DNA from: Pyrinomonadaceae bacterium
Lineage (GTDB): Bacteria; Acidobacteriota; Blastocatellia; Pyrinomonadales; Pyrinomonadaceae
Direction: 5' to 3'
DNA: 64,000 bases
NCBI GenBank assembly: GCA_035295985.1
Contig: DATHBT010000004.1
Span: 4,170-68,169, forward strand
The notes beneath the pieces were generated by a model, which was not told the DNA's origin, searched no databases, and worked only from the letters and a program-made list of their open reading frames with translations. The translations under genes were made by a program, and so were the position numbers. This document shows positions 25,499 to 32,950 of the stretch, piece after piece (position 1 is the stretch's first letter; every line of letters starts with the position of its first letter).

Positions 25499-27199
25499 TT
25501 AGAGGCGGACGCCGCGGAACTTCTCTTCCTTCTTGGCGGCGGGCTTGACGAGGACGGCCGAGTCCTGCTCGCGCTTAGTTTTCTCGCCTTCGGTGTGCCA
25601 GCGCGCCCACTCGTCGGGGGCGTCGAAGGTCTCGCCGCCGTGGCGCGTCAGGCGCTCGCGCACACGGCACATGACGGGCGTGTTGACGCCGACGCCGGAG
25701 ATTACCGCCTGACCCTTCGTGAGCGCGGGCAGCTCCTGAAGCATCTGCCGGCCCGCCCCCTCGACCGACTTTGCGACCGTGTCCTGATCGACGGGGTTGA
25801 CGATTCGCATGATGACCTGCGTCATGCACTGCGAGAGTACGTCCTGATCGAGCTTGCCGGGCCGCTGGGTGATGAGGCCGATGCCGACGCCGAACTTGCG
25901 GCCCTCGGAGAGAATCTGTTTGAGGATGTTCGTCGAGACGACGGTCGCTCCGGCGGGCGCGAAGCGGTGCGCCTCTTCCAAGAGTGTGAAGACGGGGTAG
26001 GGCAAATGTGAATCCGTCGAAGGGTCGGCCTCGCCGCGCACCGTCGCGACGCGGGCCTTGTTCACGCGGCGCAGGAGCGTTGCAACGATGACCTGCTGCT
26101 CGTGCTGCTCGATGTCGGAGAGTTGGAGGACGGTGCAGCGGCCGGGGCGGAAGAGTTCTTTGAGTTCGATGTGCTCGGTGTCGGAGAAGATCGAGCCGGG
26201 ACGGTCGAAGCGGTTGTCGAGACGCCAGAGCAGGGCGTCTATGGAGCTTGCGTTGCCGCCGCCGCTCCGCGAATCTTCGTCGCCGTACTTCTCGCTGGTG
26301 ACGGCGTCGCGCAGGTCGTGGTAGCCCCACAGGCCGCGCTCGCCGCGCTCACTAGCGGTGAGCTTGCGGTAAGCCTGCGACAGATAGTGGAGCATCTTCT
26401 CCGACGTGCCTTCGGGCAGCAGGTACTTGATGTCGGCTTCGGTCAGGGAAGAGAAGCGGACGCGGACGCGGTCGGGCGTGAAGATTTTGACTTCGGGCTG
26501 GTATCCATCGTCTGCCGCGAAACGCTTGTCCGCTTCGACGGCGGTGAGCGTCCCGTACTCGCCGTGCGGATCGACGATGAGGACGGCCGCGCGGTTGTGC
26601 GGCATCAACATCTCCTCGACGATGACGCCCGCCGTGTAGGACTTGCCCGCGCCCGTCGAGGCGAGGATGGCGAGGTGCGTGGAGACCACGTCCCTGACCG
26701 AGAGCACGACGGGAACCTCGCCGGCCGCGCGCGTCAGCAGACTCCCGACGTGCGCCGCGCCCTGCTCGCCTACGCGGCGGGGCGAGAGCACGCCGGAGAG
26801 CGTTTCGCTCGATGCGAGGCGGACGGGCGCGCCCGCGTCGGCAGGGATGCGCGGGTTGACGAAGTCGCCGAGTTTTTCGGAGAAGTAGCCGATTGACTCG
26901 ACCGTGATCTCGTAGAGTTCGCAGCCGTCGCCGTCCAAGCCGATGAGCGAGGAGACGACCGCCGGCGGCGTCTGCGGGTCGGAGAGGAAGGCGTCGGGGA
27001 GGTTGCGGACGAGGCGGCGCGAGGTGATGTTGCCGAGGATGCGGCGCGTCTCCGTGCCGTCGTGCGCCTCGTAATAGACGAACTCGCCGATGCGCGCGCG
27101 CCGGTTGTCGGCCGTGATGAACAGGAACTCGTGCGGGCGCTCGCCCGGCCCCTTCACCGTCCCGACGAGCGGGTCGTTCGTGTCGTTCTGAGAACTCAT
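25499..27199 (-). CDS. HerA/DUF87-type FtsK-like ATPase
   Basis: Start set at ATG 27199 (MSSQNDTNDPLVG). Walker A is ASTGAGKSYT. Other motifs are AAVLIVDPHGEY, TLLEEAHRFAP and GRKFGVGIGLITQRPGKLDQDVLSQCMTQVIMRIVNPVDQ, typical of HerA-like helicase/translocase ATPases. Its stop codon lies 10 nt upstream of the P450 start. Confidence 0.8.
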   Translation of the reverse strand: MSSQNDTNDPLVGTVKGPGERPHEFLFITADNRRARIGEFVYYEAHDGTETRRILGNITSRRLVRNLPDAFLSDPQTPPAVVSSLIGLDGDGCELYEITVESIGYFSEKLGDFVNPRIPADAGAPVRLASSETLSGVLSPRRVGEQGAAHVGSLLTRAAGEVPVVLSVRDVVSTHLAILASTGAGKSYTAGVIVEEMLMPHNRAAVLIVDPHGEYGTLTAVEADKRFAADDGYQPEVKIFTPDRVRVRFSSLTEADIKYLLPEGTSEKMLHYLSQAYRKLTASERGERGLWGYHDLRDAVTSEKYGDEDSRSGGGNASSIDALLWRLDNRFDRPGSIFSDTEHIELKELFRPGRCTVLQLSDIEQHEQQVIVATLLRRVNKARVATVRGEADPSTDSHLPYPVFTLLEEAHRFAPAGATVVSTNILKQILSEGRKFGVGIGLITQRPGKLDQDVLSQCMTQVIMRIVNPVDQDTVAKSVEGAGRQMLQELPALTKGQAVISGVGVNTPVMCRVRERLTRHGGETFDAPDEWARWHTEGEKTKREQDSAVLVKPAAKKEEKFRGVRL

Positions 27200-27429
27200 T
27201 GCTTGGCTTGTAAGAGACCCGGCATCTTTAGGGCTGGGATTTCCTTGTCCACGCGACCTGCCCTGTTCCAATTATTGACGATGACAATCCTAACCGCACG
27301 GGCGCGGCTAGTAAATAGATTCAACCGGCTTTTGTGAAAGCTATAATTACCAAACCTTCAATCCTATTGGCGGCAGCGCCTTGTCGCGCGCCAGCGCCCG
27401 TGGTCGCCGTTTAGATACACTCACAGCTC

Positions 27430-28179
27430 CTAATCCCGCCGCGAGACGTAATCAACGAGCTTGAGCCAATCTATCTGATTGTCAGGGGTCATAAAGTCTT
27501 TAATGAAATCCTGAGTCATTTCGTTGACCTTAGACGAGTAAGCTCGTTTGAATGTCTCGTCCTTCTGCCGAGCCTCCTCGTCAATCGGCGTTATGATCTC
27601 CCGGTAGAGTTCATCGTCGCCTGAGACGAAGCGCCAAAAATCCTGCCCCGCATACTTGTAATACTGCTTGTCAGGGTCGGTGTGTGTCTTGAAGGGATGC
27701 CTGTCTTTGCCGTAGATGCAGCCGTTGACAGCGATGACCTCATCGTGACCGCGCTCGCGTAGTAACAGCCGCGCCACTTTGAAGTTATCGCGCATCCTGT
27801 TCACTTGGTCGCTGTTGCCCCAGTTAGTCCCCGACTTGATGCCGACGACGTAATAAATGCCGTCGCGCTGGAACTCTAAATCAACGCTCTTCAACTCAGA
27901 CTTAAAACCGCCGTAGAGCGTGCGTGAGACGTAAATCGCAAAGCCTTCGAGCAGGTTGCCGAACATCGTCTCTTCCTGCGAAGAGAGAAACGCATCAACG
28001 ACGCCCTTCACCAAGTCGCCGGCAAGTTCAATGTTCTTAGCTTTGAAGAGGTACGGGTTCTTGCGCTTCAGCACGCCATGAAGATTTAGCTGATTGAGGT
28101 TGTTCAGTCTGGTCTCGTAGAACGGCGTGATGACGTGCTCTGCGAGATAATCGTAATAGTGTTGATAGCGGGAGGTCAT
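27430..28179 (-). CDS. type II restriction endonuclease (candidate; family not assignable by eye)
   Basis: 249-aa AT-rich ORF whose ATG overlaps the stop of the upstream methyltransferase by 4 nt (ATGA). A possible PD-(D/E)xK-like core is VDLEF...YVVGIKSG. The call rests on the typical M-R gene pairing. Confidence 0.55.
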   Translation of the reverse strand: MTSRYQHYYDYLAEHVITPFYETRLNNLNQLNLHGVLKRKNPYLFKAKNIELAGDLVKGVVDAFLSSQEETMFGNLLEGFAIYVSRTLYGGFKSELKSVDLEFQRDGIYYVVGIKSGTNWGNSDQVNRMRDNFKVARLLLRERGHDEVIAVNGCIYGKDRHPFKTHTDPDKQYYKYAGQDFWRFVSGDDELYREIITPIDEEARQKDETFKRAYSSKVNEMTQDFIKDFMTPDNQIDWLKLVDYVSRRD

Positions 28180-29030
28180 ATGAGCTTGCGCTGCGCGGGC
28201 ATTCTCTTAACTTCGCTGATGTTTACAACCGCCTCTTGGTAATACTCGTCCTTAAGCTCGACGCCGACGTAGCTGCGTCCTAGCTCGTAGGCGGCGACGC
28301 ACGTCGTCCCGCTGCCCATGAACGGGTCAAGCACAACGTCATCCTCCTGAGTGAAGAGCTTGATGAACCACGAAGGCAGTTCTTTCGGGAAGGCGGCGGC
28401 GTGATTCTTGTTGCCGCATTCCGTCGCCATGTGGAGAACGTTCGGCGGGTAGGCTTTATCACGCCCCAGCCAGTTTGCGATGTTCTTGCCGAAGCCGCTA
28501 CCGACTTGCGAATTAAACCGTCTGCTGTCGTTGTCACTCAGTTTCTTAAGTCTCGTCTTCGCCCAATCGCCCATTGTGACCATGACGGCGTCCTGATACA
28601 TCTTGAACTTCTTCTGCTTGTTGAAGTGTAGGCAGCGCTCCCAAGCGTCGCGGAAGCGGTTCGGCCACTTGCCCGGCGCGCAGTTCTTTTTGTGCCACAT
28701 ATACTCTTCAGTCCACAGCCAGCCGCGCCGCTTCATTTCAAGAATCAGTTCGAGGACGTAAGTGTGACGCTCGCCGTTGACGACGCGCTCCTTGATGTTG
28801 AGCACGAAAGAGCCTTCCGGCTTCAGCACGCGCTTTAGCTCGTCGGCAATCGGCATGAACCACTCGACATACTTATCAGGGTGTATGCCGCCGTACACGT
28901 CTTTGCGGCTGTCGGCGTAGGGCGGTGAAGTGACGACTAAATCAATGCTCGCATCGGGGAGCTTCGGCAGCACTTCTAGGCAATCGCCGTGATGGAGTGT
29001 GTTGAGTACCTTCTTTAGCTCAGTGCTCAT
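28176..29030 (-). CDS. DNA methyltransferase, beta-class amino-MTase (N4-cytosine or N6-adenine; the SPPY motif favours N4-C)
   Basis: Motif IV (VVTSPPYAD) is near the N-terminus and motif I (LDPFMGSGTT) is near the C-terminus. ATG at 29030 is preferred over TTG at 29066. Composition is AT-rich relative to the flanks. Confidence 0.88.
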   Translation of the reverse strand: MSTELKKVLNTLHHGDCLEVLPKLPDASIDLVVTSPPYADSRKDVYGGIHPDKYVEWFMPIADELKRVLKPEGSFVLNIKERVVNGERHTYVLELILEMKRRGWLWTEEYMWHKKNCAPGKWPNRFRDAWERCLHFNKQKKFKMYQDAVMVTMGDWAKTRLKKLSDNDSRRFNSQVGSGFGKNIANWLGRDKAYPPNVLHMATECGNKNHAAAFPKELPSWFIKLFTQEDDVVLDPFMGSGTTCVAAYELGRSYVGVELKDEYYQEAVVNISEVKRMPAQRKLI

Positions 29031-29298
29031 TTGATTCTGCTTGGTAGGTAATGAAGAGCTTGGCAACCGTGCGGAAACTTAGAGCAAAGCAACTAGCTAA
29101 TCAAGCGAAAATAAAATCTGAAGCGGATGTGCAAGGGTTGTGAGGCGTCGGTCGGGAGGCCGGCGCGGTTAGGTTTGCGCGTGGGCAGCGGGCCGCGTCT
29201 GTAGGCGTCAGGCTCGTTGGCGCGCGGGCGAAAATTTCGCGGGGAGTATAGCACGCGTCGCAGCGGCGCGCTGTCAGGTTACGTGTGCCGGTTTGCTC

Positions 29299-29749
29299 CT
29301 ACTCTCCCGCGAGTCGCAACGCTTCTTCGCGGAGGGCGTCGCTCAGGTAGAAGCCGTTAAGCTCCAAAGCTTCAATCACGGGGCGGATGGCCGGGATGAC
29401 ACCGCCGCGCTTGGCCTTGAGAAGGATGCCTATCGTCCCGACGACTTTCAGCCCCAAGTTTCTTGCCGCCGCGCGGGCCTGCGAGTCGTCCAAAACTATG
29501 GTGTGCCCCTGTTCACTGGCTAAGGCGATGGCTTCGGCCTCGCCTTCGTCGAGCAGCATTATTCAGGACAGAAACGAGGGCGTGGTTGGTCGGCGTTTCG
29601 ACTTTAAGCCACGGGAGGGGTGTGCCGAATTCTCGTGCGACGGCGGGCGGGACGATGACAGGGTCGAAGAGCGCCTGCAAGATGTCGAGCCGCCCCACCC
29701 TTTCAAGCCCGATCAGGCAAGTGGTGTCAACGACGGCCGGGCCTTTCAC
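29299..29749 (-). pseudogene. DUF3368/PIN-like toxin gene split by a single-nucleotide frameshift
   Basis: ORF 29513-29749 (MKGPAVVDTTCLIGLERVGRLDILQALFDPVIVPPAVAREF) and ORF 29299-29559 (LLDEGEAEAIALASEQGHTIVLDDSQARAAARNLGLKVVGTIGILLKAKRGG) together form one PIN-like protein of about 150 aa. The frames switch in the AATAAT run at about 29558-29563. Deleting one A restores ...VSVLNMLLDEGEAE. Confidence 0.75.
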
Positions 29750-29970
29750 GAATCCAACTCCTGCCGCAGCTCCTCGGCGGAGTAGTTGAAGACGGGAACC
29801 TTGTGGCGGCCCAAGACCTCGACGAAGGCGCGCGACGAATAGCCGGCCAGCCTCGCCGCCTGCCCGAGCGAAGCCTTGCCGACCTCGTAGAGCTTGACGG
29901 CGAGAAGCAATTTAGCCTCCTCCTCCGAGAGGTTGGACGGCAACTCGACTTCCAACTGCGTGGCGCTCAC
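29746..29970 (-). CDS. UPF0175-family antitoxin
   Basis: 74 aa. EEAKLLLAVKLYEVGKASLGQAARLAGYSSRAFVEVLGRHKVPVFNYSAEEL matches the UPF0175 pattern. Its stop overlaps the start of the PIN-like gene (ATGA). Confidence 0.75.
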   Translation of the reverse strand: MSATQLEVELPSNLSEEEAKLLLAVKLYEVGKASLGQAARLAGYSSRAFVEVLGRHKVPVFNYSAEELRQELDS

Positions 29971-30061
29971 GACTGTTTGCCCCTCCCTTCAGCTTTCGTT
30001 ATTGAGGCAGACGACGAAATGCGCCGACTGGTTTTTCCGCCCTCTTCATGGCTAATTTAGG

Positions 30062-30304
30062 CTACGCTGCTTGCGGGTGCGGCTCGACGGAGCGGACGCG
30101 GGCGATCTCGCGGGGCGCAATGGGGCGCACCTGTCCGGCCGTGAGCGAGACGACGGCCAGCGTCTCGCCGTCGAGCGCGACGAACTCGACTTCGTAGCCC
30201 GCGCCTTCGCCGTGGGCGAGAACGACCGTGCCGATGTCGCCCGCCTGCAACCCGTTGTCGGGCAGGTCGGTCGTCAGGACGACCTGATCCAACTCCTTAA
30301 TCAT
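30062..30304 (-). CDS. DUF4926 domain protein
   Basis: 80 aa. VVLTTDLPDNGLQAGDIGTVVLAHGEGAGYEVEFVALDGETLAVVSL is the DUF4926 signature. Confidence 0.7.
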   Translation of the reverse strand: MIKELDQVVLTTDLPDNGLQAGDIGTVVLAHGEGAGYEVEFVALDGETLAVVSLTAGQVRPIAPREIARVRSVEPHPQAA

Positions 30305-30316
30305 CGCCGACTCCTT

Positions 30317-30649
30317 TTACAGCGGGTACGCCGTCGCCAGACGAGCCGTCTCCTCACCAGTCTCGACGAACCACACGACGCGCACCAGCGGCGCTCTCCC
30401 GTCGGGCGTTTCCAGCCCCCCTTCGACAACGTATCTCGTCCCGAAGGGCGTCGCCTCCGCCTTCGCAACTTCGTGCCGGGCCGCGTGCCGGAGCAAAGCC
30501 TCGGCCAGAGTTTGCCACGACTCCGGCGTAAAACCGAAGCGCGAGAAGAACGCCGCCTTGCCCCGCCCGTCCCTGTGAGTGGGCGAGAGCAGGTAACCGA
30601 CGATCTTCTCGCGCGGGACTAACGCCTGCTCATGATTCGGCAGTTTCAC
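30317..30649 (-). CDS. DUF6883 domain protein
   Basis: 110 aa. KIVGYLLSPTHRDGRGKAAFFSRFGFTPESW matches my recollection of the DUF6883 motif (YLL..H..G..KA.FF...GF). It lies 12 nt upstream of the DUF4926 gene. Confidence 0.68.
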   Translation of the reverse strand: MKLPNHEQALVPREKIVGYLLSPTHRDGRGKAAFFSRFGFTPESWQTLAEALLRHAARHEVAKAEATPFGTRYVVEGGLETPDGRAPLVRVVWFVETGEETARLATAYPL

Positions 30650-30687
30650 CGGGAAGGTCTTTATAGCTCGAACTCTGAACTGAGCGG

Positions 30688-31674
30688 CTACTTGTCCGCG
30701 CCGCGGCGGGCGGCTTCGAGGTCGGAGGCGACCATCTCGGCGATCAGCTCGGCGAAGGTGCAGGTGGGCTGCCAGCCGAGTTCGCGGCGGGCCTTCGACG
30801 AGTCGCCAACGAGCAGATCGACTTCGGCCGGGCGCAGGAATTGCTCGTCGATCACGACGTACCCGCGGTAGTCGAGGCCGACCTCGGCGAAGGCGCGCTC
30901 GCAGAACTCCCTGACCGTGTGCGTCTCGCCCGTCGCGACGACGTAGTCGTCCGGGGAATCCTGTTGCAGCATCAGGTGCATGGCGCGCACGTAGTCGCGG
31001 GCGTGGCCCCAGTCGCGCCGCGCTTCGAGGTTGCCGAGGCGGAGTTCGCGCGCCCGGCCCGTCTTGATGCGCGCTACGGTCGAGCTGATCTTGCGCGTGA
31101 CGAACTCGTGGCCGCGGCGCGGGCTTTCGTGGTTGAACAGGATGCCCGACGCGCAGAACATCTGATAGGCTTCGCGGTAGTTGCGCGTGAGGTCAAAGCC
31201 GGCGACCTTGGAGATGCCGTAAGGCGAGCGCGGGTGGAAGCGCGTCTGCTCGGTCTGCGGCGTCTCGGCGACCTTGCCGAACATCTCACTCGATCCGGCG
31301 AAGTAGAAGCGGCAGCGGGGGCGCAGCTCGCGAAGCGCGGCGAGGACATGGTGCGTGCCGTTGATGTTGGTGTCCATCGTCGAGAAGCCGTCCGAGAACG
31401 ACTCGGCGACGAAACTTTGCGCGGCGAGGTGGTAGCACTCGTCGAAGTCGTGGCGCGTGAAGACATGGAAGATCGAGGCGTAGGATTCGAGGCTCGCCGG
31501 GTGGAGCGTGACGCGATCCAGTACGTGCGAGATGCGCGCGAAGCGGCGCGACGGGTCTTCGAGCGCGACGCGGCGCACCAGCCCGTGAACCTCGTAGCCG
31601 AGTCCCAACAAGTGCTCGGCCAGGTAGCTGCCGTCCTGTCCGGTGATGCCGGTGATGAGAGCCTTCCTGGGCAG
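30688..31674 (-). CDS. gmd: GDP-mannose 4,6-dehydratase, apparently using a CTG start
   Basis: The ORF track begins at 31611 (an internal TTG). The frame continues upstream as (L)PRKALITGITGQDGSYLAEHLLGLGYEVHG, the conserved Gmd N-terminus with the GxxGxxG motif. The only plausible initiator is CTG (complement of 31672-31674), 8 nt downstream of a GGAGGG SD (complement of 31683-31688). Confidence 0.88.
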   Translation of the reverse strand: MPRKALITGITGQDGSYLAEHLLGLGYEVHGLVRRVALEDPSRRFARISHVLDRVTLHPASLESYASIFHVFTRHDFDECYHLAAQSFVAESFSDGFSTMDTNINGTHHVLAALRELRPRCRFYFAGSSEMFGKVAETPQTEQTRFHPRSPYGISKVAGFDLTRNYREAYQMFCASGILFNHESPRRGHEFVTRKISSTVARIKTGRARELRLGNLEARRDWGHARDYVRAMHLMLQQDSPDDYVVATGETHTVREFCERAFAEVGLDYRGYVVIDEQFLRPAEVDLLVGDSSKARRELGWQPTCTFAELIAEMVASDLEAARRGADK

Positions 31675-31699
31675 TGTGGTTTCCCTCCTCGGTGGCGGC

Positions 31700-32881
31700 C
31701 TACGGCCTGAAGTCTTCGACCGACTCGACGACGTAACGCTGCTCCTCGTCCGTCAGCTCAGGGTAGATGGGCAGGGCCAGCGTCTCGCGCGCCGCGCGCT
31801 CGGCCTCCGGGAGCGATCCCGGCGCGTAGCCGAGCGGGCGGAAGCACTCCTGTAGGTGGAGCGGGACGGGGTAGTAAACCTTCGTCCCGACGCCGCGCTC
31901 GGCCAGGTGCTTCATCAGCGGATCGCGCAAACGGGCCGGCACGCGGACGACGTACTGGTGGAAGATGTGGCGCGCGCCCTCGCGCACGCGCGGCGTGGTC
32001 AGGTCGAAGCCGAGGCCCGACTCCGCGAACAACTGATCGTAGCGCGCGGCCCGCGCGGCGCGCGCGTCCGACCAGCGGTCGAGGTGCGGGAGCTTGACGC
32101 GCAGGATCGCTGCCTGCACCGCGTCGAGCCGGGAGTTTAGGCCGACCTCGCGGTGCAGGTACTCAGTCTCGCCGCCGTGTACGCGCAGCCGCCGCAGCCG
32201 CGCGGCCAGTTCGTCGTCGTCCGTCACGATCATGCCGGCGTCGCCGGCCGCGCCGAGGTTCTTAGTCGGGTAGAAGCTGAAGCAGCCGGCAGCGCCCATC
32301 GCGCCGGCCCGGCGTCCGCCGTCCTCCGCGCCGATGGCCTGCGCCGCGTCCTCTATGACGGCGAGGCCGTGGCGGCGCGCGATCTCACTGATCGCGTCCA
32401 TCCCGGCGCACTGGCCGTAGAGGTGGACGGGCATGACGGCGCGCGTGCGGGGGGTGATCGCGGACTCGATCTTCGCGGGGTCGATGTTGTAGGTGAGCGG
32501 GTCGATGTCCGCGAAGACGGGGCGCGCGCCCGCGCGCCAGATCGCGCCGGCCGTGGCGAAGAAGCTGTAGGGGGTGGTGACGACCTCGTCGCCCGCGCCA
32601 ATGTCTAAGGCCGTGAGCGCGAGCAGCAGCGCGTCCGTGCCGGAGGCGCACCCCACGCCGTGGCGTGCGCCCGCGTAGCCGGCGACCTCCTCTTCGAGCA
32701 GCCGCACTTCCGCGCCCAGGACGAACTGCTGCGAGTCGAGCACGCGGGCGACGGCCGCGCGCAGCTCCCCGCCGAGCGCCGCGTGCTGGCGCGACAGGTC
32801 TAGCAGGGGGACTTGCACCCTCCGTGCGGGCGCGCTGGTCTGTTCTCGGTTCACTCGGCGGAAAAGCTCCGGGCCACACAC
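31700..32881 (-). CDS. DegT/DnrJ/EryC1/StrS-family sugar aminotransferase (GDP-perosamine-synthase-like by context)
   Basis: 393 aa with [45 protein letters not shown] and a conserved FYPTKNLGA lysine region. It sits directly upstream of gmd. The start is uncertain, and an internal GTG is possible. Confidence 0.87.
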   Translation of the reverse strand: MCGPELFRRVNREQTSAPARRVQVPLLDLSRQHAALGGELRAAVARVLDSQQFVLGAEVRLLEEEVAGYAGARHGVGCASGTDALLLALTALDIGAGDEVVTTPYSFFATAGAIWRAGARPVFADIDPLTYNIDPAKIESAITPRTRAVMPVHLYGQCAGMDAISEIARRHGLAVIEDAAQAIGAEDGGRRAGAMGAAGCFSFYPTKNLGAAGDAGMIVTDDDELAARLRRLRVHGGETEYLHREVGLNSRLDAVQAAILRVKLPHLDRWSDARAARAARYDQLFAESGLGFDLTTPRVREGARHIFHQYVVRVPARLRDPLMKHLAERGVGTKVYYPVPLHLQECFRPLGYAPGSLPEAERAARETLALPIYPELTDEEQRYVVESVEDFRP

Positions 32882-32950
32882 GTCGGCGCGCAGCCCACGC
32901 TCGGAGGTGGCGGGCTGCGCGCCGGACAGGAGGCCCCGTTTCGCGGTCTT

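Noticed and set aside
27289-29173. 9-bp inverted repeat (CCTAACCGC at 27289-27297, GCGGTTAGG at 29165-29173) as possible ends of the R-M island
   Set aside because: A single 9-mer match between two search windows of about 200 bp each is roughly what chance predicts. There are no target-site duplications or mobility genes to support it.
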